DNA from: a virus
Reading direction: 5' to 3' (one strand)
DNA length: 64,000 nucleotides
Virus record (IMG/VR): IMGVR_UViG_3300025012_000003
Made by a program: the position numbers and the translations under genes. The notes below the pieces were generated by a model. The model saw nothing but the letters and a program-made list of their open reading frames with translations, was not told the origin of the DNA and searched no databases. Of this stretch, positions 8,032 through 16,994 are shown piece after piece (within the stretch, counting starts at the first letter, position 1; each line of letters begins with the position of its first letter).

Positions 8032-8211
8032 TTATTTCCTATAGTACTTTGAATTTCCCGAACCACCTTTAGGAGGAATTGGATTATCCGTAGTTCTCCT
8101 ACCTCCCGTATATCCTCTTGGACGGTCTTCCGCAAATAATAAATAGAAGGCTGAGGTACAACTCAATATGAATATAAAAGGATATATACTAATTAATAAA
8201 TTGGCATCCAT
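8032..8211 (-). CDS. small membrane-anchored protein (59 aa)
   Basis: Hydrophobic N-half, Gly/Pro/Arg-rich C-half; hand-translated. Confidence 0.55.
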   Translation of the reverse strand: MDANLLISIYPFIFILSCTSAFYLLFAEDRPRGYTGGRRTTDNPIPPKGGSGNSKYYRK

Positions 8212-8213
8212 AA

Positions 8214-8570
8214 TTATCTTGTCCTAGGAGGTTTTGTATCAGCAGGTATTTCTCCTCTGCCTTCATGACATCTACTTCTTATTAAAGGTTGAACATCTTT
8301 AGAAGGGTCATACTCTTCCTTAACCTTAACAGGCTTCTTAAGCTTATCTGCTAATAAAGCATCAACACATTCAGTAAGAGTTCTAACAGTATTCTCTAAC
8401 TGGGTTATCCTATTTAGCATACCAGTATCTTTATTATCTTTTAAGGGAGAACCTTTACCCATAGTTAAACCCGTAAAAGGTTTAAAATCAGTTACATCTG
8501 GATAAGGACAAGTTCCTAATAGTTGACACCGTACTCCGTTAAAGTTACCACAACCATCACATTTACTCAT
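8214..8570 (-). CDS. Cys-rich, coiled-coil hypothetical protein
   Basis: CDGCG...C...CPY, then a heptad segment. Confidence 0.7.
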   Translation of the reverse strand: MSKCDGCGNFNGVRCQLLGTCPYPDVTDFKPFTGLTMGKGSPLKDNKDTGMLNRITQLENTVRTLTECVDALLADKLKKPVKVKEEYDPSKDVQPLIRSRCHEGRGEIPADTKPPRTR

Positions 8571-8572
8571 TA

Positions 8573-8818
8573 TTAAATTCCTTTTTGTTTCTTCTCCAAC
8601 TTCTTAAGTCTTCTCTCTGCTTTTCTTCTCTCCGTTCTAAATCCTCTGGGGTCTGACTTTCTCCAGCTCTCCATGAAAGCAAAAGTATCTTGAGACATAG
8701 ACTCCTCTTGATTATCCCCAGAGTATTTATTCAACAGAGTATCAAGAACTTGCTCCGCTGTATCTTTATTAATACTTTCCATATTTACTATTATAACCCC
8801 TTCCGTTGGATTTGTCAA
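8573..8818 (-). CDS. hypothetical protein (true start probably 8782)
   Basis: ORF track; basic C-terminus. Confidence 0.6.
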   Translation of the reverse strand: MTNPTEGVIIVNMESINKDTAEQVLDTLLNKYSGDNQEESMSQDTFAFMESWRKSDPRGFRTERRKAERRLKKLEKKQKGI

Positions 8819-8960
8819 CTGCTGTAATAAACATTTCTTTTAACTTAGGGTTATTTGTTTTTCTTATTAAAAGTTCTTTAAAACATACTTCCAATATACT
8901 TCTTCTGCTTTGTTCAAAATTATTCATATTAGTTTCCTTTAATTGTTTTAATAACATCAA
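8769..8960 (-). CDS. hypothetical protein (true start probably 8927)
   Basis: AAAGGA RBS before MNNFEQ. Confidence 0.55.
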   Translation of the reverse strand: MMLLKQLKETNMNNFEQSRRSILEVCFKELLIRKTNNPKLKEMFITAVDKSNGRGYNSKYGKY

Positions 8961-9240
8961 GCCTTTGTTGATAAGCTTTAATCATAGTTTCAATTAGTTC
9001 AATACCTGTATCAAGGTTCTGCTCATCTAAGGTAAGTTGTTTTAACTCATCGGTAGCTACCTTACCAGCTACAGATGTTTTAACCTTAATAGATAGCTCT
9101 TGTAAAGAGTCCATTACATCATCATTACTCTTAGCAGCTTTATTATATAAGTTAATTTTATTTTTAGGAACCTTCCTATCTAATAAATATTTTATCACAG
9201 GAGCTAACAATACAATTATCTTTACTACATCTACTTTCAT
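8929..9240 (-). CDS. hypothetical protein with hydrophobic N-terminus and coiled coil
   Basis: AGGAG RBS directly after the patatin gene. Confidence 0.7.
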   Translation of the reverse strand: MKVDVVKIIVLLAPVIKYLLDRKVPKNKINLYNKAAKSNDDVMDSLQELSIKVKTSVAGKVATDELKQLTLDEQNLDTGIELIETMIKAYQQRLDVIKTIKGN

Positions 9241-9249
9241 ACTATCTCC

Positions 9250-10152
9250 TTAACTATTTAATATCTTAGCTAAATCATCTAGCTCATCGTACCACTCATT
9301 GTTTATATAATTCTTAGTTAAATTTTCTAAGTCTCTTAGATTCAAATAAGATACATTATCCATATCAGAATTACTTTTAGATAGTCTTACTTGAAATCTC
9401 CAATAATCTTTTATGGGTAGCATTTTTCTTAATATATATTCTGTAGTATCTGACTGACCGTCCGATACTAAGTCAAACAAATTAGTAGCCCAGTCTAACA
9501 TATTATACTTCTTAATCTTGTTAGGGTCTACATACTCATACAGTGAACCAGTGCCTAAAGATATTAATACTATCTCTTCATTGGGGTACATCTTCTGTGC
9601 TTCTACGTACGCACATAGAGCGGGATTGTTTGCGAATATTCCTCCGTCCACACATAGCATCTCATTCAATACATAAGATTCAAAGAACGTAGGAGCTGCT
9701 GAAGTAGCTCTAGCTATCTGGGATAATAAGATGTTAGAATATCTTTTATCTTCTTTAGTAAAGAAGACAGCTTGCTTAGAAAGTATGTCGTATGTTGTTA
9801 CTAATAATCCTTTATCTGGTCTGACATCCCCTAGCTTAACCCCTTTAAAAATATCATTAAGCACTCCATCTATATCTGATGAGGGATACTTTACAGCATC
9901 GAGGGGATTAAGTTTTAACTTACCCTTGAATATTTTATGTATGGGTTCTTTGGTATAAAAATTATATATATCATTCATATTCATACCAGTAGATAGAAGT
10001 AAAGAGATAATACCCCCTGTAGACGTTCCAGCAAAGAAATCAAAGCTCTGCTGTATTGGTTTATCTAAAAGATTATTCTCTAAGTATCTTAGCAATACAA
10101 TAGGAATTAGTCCTCTACATCCCCCACCATCTATGGATAATATTTTCTTCAT
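9250..10152 (-). CDS. patatin-like phospholipase
   Basis: DGGGCRG oxyanion loop, GTSTG nucleophile elbow, SAAPTFF, DGG catalytic Asp, LSLGTG-like motif. Confidence 0.95.
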   Translation of the reverse strand: MKKILSIDGGGCRGLIPIVLLRYLENNLLDKPIQQSFDFFAGTSTGGIISLLLSTGMNMNDIYNFYTKEPIHKIFKGKLKLNPLDAVKYPSSDIDGVLNDIFKGVKLGDVRPDKGLLVTTYDILSKQAVFFTKEDKRYSNILLSQIARATSAAPTFFESYVLNEMLCVDGGIFANNPALCAYVEAQKMYPNEEIVLISLGTGSLYEYVDPNKIKKYNMLDWATNLFDLVSDGQSDTTEYILRKMLPIKDYWRFQVRLSKSNSDMDNVSYLNLRDLENLTKNYINNEWYDELDDLAKILNS

Positions 10153-10162
10153 TACATAACTC

Positions 10163-10465
10163 CTAAGTTAATTTAACTACTGATAAGATATCTTTCCATA
10201 TCACATTTAAAACTATATTCTCGTTGGGAGGAGCAACATACACATAATTAAATTCTGCTTCTGTTTTAATAACATAAGTTCCCGCTGTCTCTGAAAAATC
10301 TCCTAATAAAACTCTTCCCCCGCCTAATACATAATCAAACACTTCTTGCTTCATATCTAATAAAGTTTGAATATCCATAGGAACTTCAGTAACAAAATTA
10401 GTTCCCACAAATTCAAAAGTTTTATCGATATCATCATGTATCATTACATTAAAATTAAATATCAT
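10163..10465 (-). CDS. hypothetical protein
   Basis: AGGA RBS; in the operon with XkdW/C1q-like genes. Confidence 0.7.
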   Translation of the reverse strand: MIFNFNVMIHDDIDKTFEFVGTNFVTEVPMDIQTLLDMKQEVFDYVLGGGRVLLGDFSETAGTYVIKTEAEFNYVYVAPPNENIVLNVIWKDILSVVKLT

Positions 10466-10474
10466 ATTATATTC

Positions 10475-11158
10475 CTATGCTGGTTTCTGTAATACAATCC
10501 AACCACTACCGTCTGGATTTGCAAATAGTTCACAAGCTCTTCCTCCCGATACTGAGAGGAGACTAGAATCGTCTATCTTTTGTCCTAAAGTTGGATAAAA
10601 ATAAACTGTCCTACTTCCAATATTTTTAATATAATAAACTCTTTCTGGACAATTACTTGAGTTGGGTAGATAAGCATTAATAGTGTGGTCAACATCAAAA
10701 AGCCAAACAGTAGCGGAAGCATCCATAGTTATATTATCATGACCCGTTACTTTTTTAGATTTAATAGAACCTGTCCCATCTTGACCTATTACTGGTAAAG
10801 AGTTCATTAGCTCATCTAGCCTAGTTGGGGATTGACTGAGAGATGTTATATATGTTTTCCAGTTCTCCCACTCATTGGAAGTTATATCAACAGTATCTGG
10901 GTACCCTATTACTATATCATTAGCCCCATCTATCCTCAATACCTTAAAGTAAGGAGTTACTTTTAACTTAGCATCTATCTCCATAGATGTCTTATTAATA
11001 TTATAGATATCAGTAAGGTCTTGAACAGTAGGTTCTGTTTCTGTTAAATTCCATTCATGTATATAAGTATTACCGTTAGAATCCACTTTAAGAATAACAT
11101 CCTTCTTAAAGTCTAGCTTCCTGCCTAATTTCTTTTCTATACTTGAAGCGAAGTCCAT
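10475..11158 (-). CDS. XkdW-like N-domain plus tail-fibre-type beta domain
   Basis: DVILKVDSNG.TYIHEWNL..EPT..DL (XkdW-like); C-terminal TINAYLP...RVYYIKN...QKID typical of fibre/baseplate beta-sandwiches. Confidence 0.6.
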   Translation of the reverse strand: MDFASSIEKKLGRKLDFKKDVILKVDSNGNTYIHEWNLTETEPTVQDLTDIYNINKTSMEIDAKLKVTPYFKVLRIDGANDIVIGYPDTVDITSNEWENWKTYITSLSQSPTRLDELMNSLPVIGQDGTGSIKSKKVTGHDNITMDASATVWLFDVDHTINAYLPNSSNCPERVYYIKNIGSRTVYFYPTLGQKIDDSSLLSVSGGRACELFANPDGSGWIVLQKPA

Positions 11159-11784
11159 TATAAACCTCTTCCTTCCACAGTTAATATTTCTAGTCTGTAG
11201 TCTGTTAAGTTAAGAGTACTAAGACTACTGTTATAAACCTCTGCTGTAAGAGTATCTCCCTTACTTAACCTTGTTATAACATTACAAGAAGTAAGTAAAT
11301 CCTCAGTAGACAATAATCCAGCCATTGATACGTTACTATCGAAGTCTATTATATTCCCATTCTTTTTAATTGTTACTTCAAACTTATAATTACTTGGAAC
11401 ATTGTTCAAGGTTCCCACAAAATTTACTGCCACAGATTGAATTTTCTTAGACGTAAAAGTATTAGTTACAAATTCCACATCCTTATCTTCTGACTCTGTA
11501 AAATTAACAGAAGTAAAAACTCTGGACTGAATGCTCTGGGAACTTCCCAGAGCAGACACATAAGAGTCTGGGTAGTTAGACCATAAAGTATGGTCAAGGG
11601 TATTCCACAAATCAAGTAATTGTTGATAGGTCGGCTTAGTGGGAGAAACGATATTCCACGCATCTATACATATCCCATCAGGGTCTGCATCTTCACCCCA
11701 ATCTTGACAAAGTATTACTTCCGACGTATAATCTACTTCTCTTCCTACATAAGCTTCTATAGCTTCTTTATAATTAAAGCTCAT
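11158..11784 (-). CDS. XkdW-like N-domain plus C1q-like domain protein
   Basis: EVILCQD...ICIDAWNI..TKPT..QL, then QSIQS...VNF...TNTFT...LSKGDTLTAEVY. Confidence 0.6.
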   Translation of the reverse strand: MSFNYKEAIEAYVGREVDYTSEVILCQDWGEDADPDGICIDAWNIVSPTKPTYQQLLDLWNTLDHTLWSNYPDSYVSALGSSQSIQSRVFTSVNFTESEDKDVEFVTNTFTSKKIQSVAVNFVGTLNNVPSNYKFEVTIKKNGNIIDFDSNVSMAGLLSTEDLLTSCNVITRLSKGDTLTAEVYNSSLSTLNLTDYRLEILTVEGRGL

Positions 11785-11794
11785 TTATATTTTC

Positions 11795-12481
11795 CTATCT
11801 TAATTTAATAATACTAAGTATCTGATTTCCATTTAAATTTCTATTGTTACTACCATCTGTATGATAAGCATATATCTCCAAAGTATCATTTATATTAACA
11901 TCTATTGGAAAAGATAGTTGTACACAAATAAATCCTCCAGTAGCTCCTCCCCCACTATTTTCTATGGAGTGCATAAGCATACTTCCATTTTTATAAATAA
12001 TTAAATAAAGAAGTCTATCGTTACCAAATCCAGTACCTATAAAATTAGAAGATACTAACACAGTTTGATTAGATAAACTTGTAAATGTGCTATTTGAAAA
12101 TTCAGATAAAGTATCTGAAACTTCTGTCGGAAATAGAACTTTAGTATATACTCCTCCTTGGATACTTTGAGTAGCTGTGTTCTTAGATAATATTTTAGTA
12201 GCAGGTAAAGAATCTATACTAGACCAACTAGTGTTAGTCCCATCAGTTGCTAATAATTTTCCAGTTTGACCAGTTTGAGAAGGTAGCACATTGTTCAAAG
12301 AAGTATTTTTATCAGATACATCACTGAGATTGTTACCCCCAAGAAGTATCTTAGAAAAGATACCACCGAAATTCTTACCCTCTAAGATTCCACTATTACT
12401 TTGAAGAGTTACTTTATTACTGGATTTACCCAACGAAAATATACTTCTAAGAGTGCCTTCTATATTTAGAAAGTCGCTCAT
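11795..12481 (-). CDS. tail-fibre-like protein with C1q-like C-terminal domain
   Basis: NNLSDV and LPSQTGQTGKLLATDGTNTSW fibre motifs; QSIQ...KVLF...STFT...NDTLEIYAY. Confidence 0.65.
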   Translation of the reverse strand: MSDFLNIEGTLRSIFSLGKSSNKVTLQSNSGILEGKNFGGIFSKILLGGNNLSDVSDKNTSLNNVLPSQTGQTGKLLATDGTNTSWSSIDSLPATKILSKNTATQSIQGGVYTKVLFPTEVSDTLSEFSNSTFTSLSNQTVLVSSNFIGTGFGNDRLLYLIIYKNGSMLMHSIENSGGGATGGFICVQLSFPIDVNINDTLEIYAYHTDGSNNRNLNGNQILSIIKLR

Positions 12482-12538
12482 GTAATCTCCTTTATATATA
12501 CGTTTATGTCAAAATACTATTTTACTCTTAATGATACC

Positions 12539-12567
12539 ATTGTACCATAAGCAAAAGTATTTGTCAA
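12539..12567 (-). promoter_or_regulatory. sigma70-type promoter TTGACA-17-TACAAT (extended -10)
   Basis: Near-consensus; upstream of 11795..12481. Confidence 0.8.
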
Positions 12568-12571
12568 TACT

Positions 12572-12769
12572 CTAATTAAAAATATCTGTATCATTAATCA
12601 TAGTGTCTATCTCATTGCATAAGTTAAGACCTTCTTCATAGGATTGAGTATCTAATAATCCAACAGTAAACCTAGAAGTATCTTTAAATAATAATTTATA
12701 TCTCCCTGAAAGTTTTGAAGCAATCTTATAAAGTCTTTTTAATTCTAACTCTCTTTTATCCTTTGACAT
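12572..12769 (-). CDS. hypothetical protein
   Basis: AAGGA RBS. Confidence 0.65.
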   Translation of the reverse strand: MSKDKRELELKRLYKIASKLSGRYKLLFKDTSRFTVGLLDTQSYEEGLNLCNEIDTMINDTDIFN

Positions 12770-12792
12770 ATAATTTCCTTTTAGTTATAAAT

Positions 12793-13488
12793 TTAGTATT
12801 CTATTCCTTTTCTTATAGGTACCGTAGCTAAAGTAGCCCCACAATTAGGGCAATAGTTAGACCTGAACTCAAAACTTCTCTTACAAGTTGAGCAAGTCTT
12901 CTCGAAGTAATGCTTAACACATCTTAAATCAGTCATTAGGTCTGCTATATCTTTTATTTTGTCATAGAGAGGTTCACTCCAAATACGTCCCGTTAGAACT
13001 ATCTCTAGGTCAGGTCTCTCTTCTTTCATAGTTCTTATGAATTCAAAGAATGTTCTTTGGGATATAAGAGATAGATTCAAAGCTCCCAGTATCTCGTCTA
13101 GTACTAACATATTATAAGGTTGAACATACTCTTCTATATGGTCTTGTGCTATTACATTCTTCTTAGTCTTCCCAGCATTGATATCGTCTATCATAGAAAG
13201 CCAAGCTTCCCTTACCAATACTTTATCTTCGTCGTCTTTATTATGTTCTAGTATTACTTTATATGGAACAGTATCATGAGATTGTATTATGGTTATATTA
13301 TTCTTAAACATCCTACAGGATTTTAGTTCCCCATAAACTCTATCTACCGAAGAGTCTCCCTTCATGAACTGAGCTATCAATACATTCCAGTCTTGTCCCA
13401 TAGCTCTCATTACTAAACCAAATGCACTTGTAGTTTTTCCTTTACCACTTCCTGTATATACTTGAATCAATCCTGATTTATTTATCAT
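12793..13488 (-). CDS. cobA: cob(I)alamin adenosyltransferase, CobA/BtuR family, with Zn-ribbon insertion
   Basis: GLIQVYTGSGKGKTTSAFG, AQFMKG, LVLDEI, EIVLTGR, ADLMT, C-terminal RKGIEY. Confidence 0.93.
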   Translation of the reverse strand: MINKSGLIQVYTGSGKGKTTSAFGLVMRAMGQDWNVLIAQFMKGDSSVDRVYGELKSCRMFKNNITIIQSHDTVPYKVILEHNKDDEDKVLVREAWLSMIDDINAGKTKKNVIAQDHIEEYVQPYNMLVLDEILGALNLSLISQRTFFEFIRTMKEERPDLEIVLTGRIWSEPLYDKIKDIADLMTDLRCVKHYFEKTCSTCKRSFEFRSNYCPNCGATLATVPIRKGIEY

Positions 13489-13730
13489 TAATCTTTCGAC
13501 TTCTTTCTTTTCTCTAAACTTTTCTGCATGCTTTTAATTCTAGGATTAGCTTCAAACAACTCACAGAAATCCTGAGTTGGAATCTTTTCCCTAATAGGAA
13601 TACAGTACTCTCCCAGTTGGAGTGCGGATATCAAAGGACACTTAGCTAAGTGTTTACAGAATCTACACTTATCTTCCTCTTCAAAGAATACTATATGACC
13701 TCCGTTACCTTCATCGTAGCTTAGGTACAT
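13488..13730 (-). CDS. small Cys-rich protein
   Basis: CRFCKHLAKC...C...FCELF; GGAGG RBS; coupled to cobA. Confidence 0.7.
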   Translation of the reverse strand: MYLSYDEGNGGHIVFFEEEDKCRFCKHLAKCPLISALQLGEYCIPIREKIPTQDFCELFEANPRIKSMQKSLEKRKKSKD

Positions 13731-13759
13731 AGAACCTCCTTTAATATAAAAGGTAAAAT

Positions 13760-13960
13760 TTAAATCTGAAAATCATTCATATCCACGATGACGACCCCGT
13801 GATATACAATCAAAGACTTAGGATTATCTCCTAGAATACCAGCGTAATCCTGTAATCTATCTGTACTAACTTTTCTTAATAACCATATATAAAAACATAA
13901 AGGCATACATAATAGTATGAATGTCTTTAGCTTTAATAAAAAACTCTTTAACCTATTCAT
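13760..13960 (-). CDS. hypothetical membrane protein
   Basis: Hydrophobic segment at residues 10-28. Confidence 0.6.
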   Translation of the reverse strand: MNRLKSFLLKLKTFILLCMPLCFYIWLLRKVSTDRLQDYAGILGDNPKSLIVYHGVVIVDMNDFQI

Positions 13961-14264
13961 ATCTAGTTCTAATCTCCTCTATTAGTTTCTCCAACTTCAC
14001 TCTTGTTAGAGATTCTTTCTTTAACCTTTTAGCTATTCCTTCTATATTTTTAACTATGCTTATAAATAACAACATATTATTATTTATTGGTTTTTTGTTA
14101 CATAGCACATCTAGGAAAGCATCCGTTAAATAATAATGCTTCTTTCCTCCCCTACTTATGAATACCTTATCATAGTCATCTAACTTTAACATATACCCAT
14201 CTGGTAACATTATGTGAGGTATCTCTCCTCGTCTTAAAGCTTTTAAGTCTTTACGATTTATCAC
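13953..14264 (-). CDS. hypothetical protein
   Basis: Coupled ORF. Confidence 0.65.
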   Translation of the reverse strand: MINRKDLKALRRGEIPHIMLPDGYMLKLDDYDKVFISRGGKKHYYLTDAFLDVLCNKKPINNNMLLFISIVKNIEGIAKRLKKESLTRVKLEKLIEEIRTRYE

Positions 14265-14527
14265 TACTCTTCATCCTGCTCTAATTTTAATCTAATAAGA
14301 ATTAATGCTTCTTCTTCATCCACATCCTCGAATGAATTAGCCTTCTTCCAATTGGATTTAAAATAGCAGAGCCAATCTACCTGATGTCTACAAAATATAT
14401 TCCTCTTAGGAATATAGAATAAATGTTCCTCGTAATCCGTTTCTCCCAACAGATTAACATCTTCGTCCAGCAAGTATGATTTACCCGCTTTAATTTCCTC
14501 TAGGATTTCTTCAGGATTTAAAACCAT
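14264..14527 (-). CDS. hypothetical protein
   Basis: GGGAG RBS. Confidence 0.65.
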   Translation of the reverse strand: MVLNPEEILEEIKAGKSYLLDEDVNLLGETDYEEHLFYIPKRNIFCRHQVDWLCYFKSNWKKANSFEDVDEEEALILIRLKLEQDEE

Positions 14528-14560
14528 TCATCTCTCCCACTTAACAAGATATCTTAAAAC

Positions 14561-14875
14561 TTAGTGTTCGCTATATAGCATTTCAAAAAGGTCGTCTACT
14601 TCCTTATCAGATTCTAAACATTTATTAAATAGATTTACGTTATCCATTCTATTTGTCAACAAGTGCATTAAGAAACCTAACCTAGATTCATCTCCAGAAA
14701 AAATTGTTTCCATCTTAAAATTTTCTAAGCTACTGGGTTCTTTTCTAGTAACATGAACCGATGTCCTACTGTGCCATCTTAGCACCTCAAAGTTAATATC
14801 TAACTCCTTACAAAGTTCAATAGCATAATAGTATTCATATTCATCATCTAAACATAAAACTGTTTCTTTTATCAT
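14561..14875 (-). CDS. hypothetical protein
   Basis: First gene after the consensus promoter at 14905-14933. Confidence 0.7.
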   Translation of the reverse strand: MIKETVLCLDDEYEYYYAIELCKELDINFEVLRWHSRTSVHVTRKEPSSLENFKMETIFSGDESRLGFLMHLLTNRMDNVNLFNKCLESDKEVDDLFEMLYSEH

Positions 14876-14904
14876 AGTATCCCTTCAGACAACTTAGTAC
14901 TCTG

Positions 14905-14933
14905 ATTATACCATTTCTCAATATAAATGTCAA
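14905..14933 (-). promoter_or_regulatory. consensus sigma70 promoter TTGACA-17-TATAAT (extended -10)
   Basis: Perfect hexamers, spacing and TG. Confidence 0.9.
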
Positions 14934-14941
14934 TATACTTT

Positions 14942-15823
14942 TTAAAAACGTAGTCCTAATTGTTCATGTATAAGTTTTAAATATTCCATGGAAGCTTCTG
15001 GAGTTTCTAACTCTTGAAGAATCTTAAGAGTACTTATACTTTCAGAAGGATTCCTTTTCTTAAAGTTAGATATTAGATTGTCCAAGTTAGACAAATCACA
15101 AATCTTATTGATAACTCTGTCCATATTATTATAGGCTTCTGGAATGAATACTTCTTTAGCTGGGACTACCTTCAACTGATTTAAAGATACAACTCCTTTA
15201 TCGATAATGGCATAGGTTATGATATCCCTTACTAGATTATAACCATCTGCTGTATTCCTCATGAAAGAACCCATACGATACACATTAGTAGTTTCCGTTA
15301 CTATGGTTGAGTATGGGGAGTGGTCGTGCCCTAAGAAAACATATTGATAGCTTTTTAAATCAGACATAGATAAACTTTCTTTAGGAGCTAAGTTATTATC
15401 CAAATAGAAATGTCCTAATAATATATTTGATTTTTTCTCGGGTAGTTTTAATTCTGGAACTACTGAAGCAACATCGTAAGATACCCCCTCTAGTTCAAAA
15501 GATTCTAAATGTAAATCTATCACATCCGAATTCATAAGAGTTCCCATGTCAGTCTTATCTAGGTTAAGGGTTCTATAGGAAGCATCATGGTTTCCTAATA
15601 TAGAGTGTAGTCTTCCCTTATAGGGTTTAAGTCTTTTAATTAACTTATTACAGTACTCAGTAGACACAGAAGAACTATGAAACAAGTCTCCGAGTATTAT
15701 TACATATTTATATAATTTTAATACAGATTCCAACTTATCTATACAAGTAGTAGGATAATCATCCATTCTACTTTTAGGTTTAGTGTCGGAGGCATGAAGG
15801 TCTCCTATTATAGCTGTTACCAT
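14942..15823 (-). CDS. sbcD: SbcD/Mre11/gp47-like metallophosphoesterase nuclease
   Basis: GDLH, LGDLF, GNHD, GHF, GHDH motifs; adjacent to SbcC halves. Confidence 0.85.
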   Translation of the reverse strand: MVTAIIGDLHASDTKPKSRMDDYPTTCIDKLESVLKLYKYVIILGDLFHSSSVSTEYCNKLIKRLKPYKGRLHSILGNHDASYRTLNLDKTDMGTLMNSDVIDLHLESFELEGVSYDVASVVPELKLPEKKSNILLGHFYLDNNLAPKESLSMSDLKSYQYVFLGHDHSPYSTIVTETTNVYRMGSFMRNTADGYNLVRDIITYAIIDKGVVSLNQLKVVPAKEVFIPEAYNNMDRVINKICDLSNLDNLISNFKKRNPSESISTLKILQELETPEASMEYLKLIHEQLGLRF

Positions 15824-16110
15824 TATTCCTCCATTAAATCTTTTACGCTGTTAGTTATGTCTGTTATCGTTGCTCTAAATAAATATCTTCTCTTCTTATT
15901 CACTTTGTTATAACTGTGTAAGTAATTAAGTTCTATCCATAAAGAGTCTAACAATTCTAAGTTACTTGGGTTAAACAGAAACTTATTACAATATTCAGCT
16001 ATCTCTATTAACTGTTGTTTATCTGCTAAACATAATTCTTCAAAGTATGTTTCATTTAAACTGGATAACTTTTCTTTAATACAAACTATCTTATGTCTGT
16101 AATCAAGCAT
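15823..16110 (-). CDS. hypothetical protein
   Basis: Start moved to MLDYRH, overlapping the stop of the upstream gene. Confidence 0.6.
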   Translation of the reverse strand: MLDYRHKIVCIKEKLSSLNETYFEELCLADKQQLIEIAEYCNKFLFNPSNLELLDSLWIELNYLHSYNKVNKKRRYLFRATITDITNSVKDLMEE

Positions 16111-16726
16111 TAGAAACCTCTTCAACTCGACCATCACTAATTCTATAAATCTTATTTGCGTATTGAAGAAAACGAACATCATGGGTTACTATGGATATTC
16201 TTAATCCTTTCTCCTGACATATCCTATTCAGAAAAGTAAAGAAGTTAGGGAGATACTCTGTAGATATATAAGAGTATTTCTCGTCTACCTCTAAGAACTC
16301 TTTACCTTTATTTACTAAAGCAAAAATATTAAGTATGGCGGAGATAACAGACCTAACACCATTACCGCATCCATTCTTAAGAGATACTTCAAAATCATTA
16401 TCTAAATCTTTAAGTTTAAAAGATAATCCCTTTGTCCCTCTTTTATCTTCTAGTTCTATTGCTATCTCATAGTTCTTATCATAAAATATAAATCTAAGAG
16501 CAGAATTAATAAGTTCCTTCAAGAACCCTATGCTTTTATCATATAAGATATCTTGACTCTTCTTATAATAAATAGCAGATTCTTTAATTGTTTCTAAGTC
16601 TCGAGTCTCTTCTTCTATTTCCTTATTAACCGATAAAATAATATTCTCTATATTACTTACTCTGGCTTTAATAGATTCGTACCTACGAATCCTATAGTCA
16701 AGAGACAAAGATATATTATTATCCAT
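16103..16726 (-). CDS. sbcC: SbcC/Rad50/gp46-like ATPase, C-terminal half
   Basis: Coiled coil, then signature-like CGNG, Walker B FLEVDE, H-loop IVTHD. Confidence 0.8.
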   Translation of the reverse strand: MDNNISLSLDYRIRRYESIKARVSNIENIILSVNKEIEEETRDLETIKESAIYYKKSQDILYDKSIGFLKELINSALRFIFYDKNYEIAIELEDKRGTKGLSFKLKDLDNDFEVSLKNGCGNGVRSVISAILNIFALVNKGKEFLEVDEKYSYISTEYLPNFFTFLNRICQEKGLRISIVTHDVRFLQYANKIYRISDGRVEEVSNA

Positions 16727-16727
16727 A

Positions 16728-16994
16728 TTAAATATTGTCCTCTATCTCTTTAAGTTGAGGTTCCGAGGAAGCCAGATATTCTTGAACTTGGTCTAAGAAA
16801 GATTCCACCTCTGGTTTTTTACTATCCCTAAGAGCTACTACTTTCTTCCAATCTTTTAAATCATCAAAGTTATATTTCTTTACAAGACTACTTGCTTCTT
16901 TAACTTTCATATTCTTTACAGCTTCTACTTTTGATTGTCTCAATTGAAAAGCTTCATAGTTCTTTTTAATTTCTTCTGCTTGTCTGATATCCAT
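16728..16994 (-). CDS. small helical protein between the SbcC halves
   Basis: AAGGAG RBS; abuts both halves. Confidence 0.7.
   Translation of the reverse strand: MDIRQAEEIKKNYEAFQLRQSKVEAVKNMKVKEASSLVKKYNFDDLKDWKKVVALRDSKKPEVESFLDQVQEYLASSEPQLKEIEDNI

Noticed and set aside
8164-8180. Partial late-motif matches at ~8170, ~13741, ~18195 and ~4545
   Set aside because: Several mismatches including the TAG, and one lies within a coding region; expected in AT-rich DNA.
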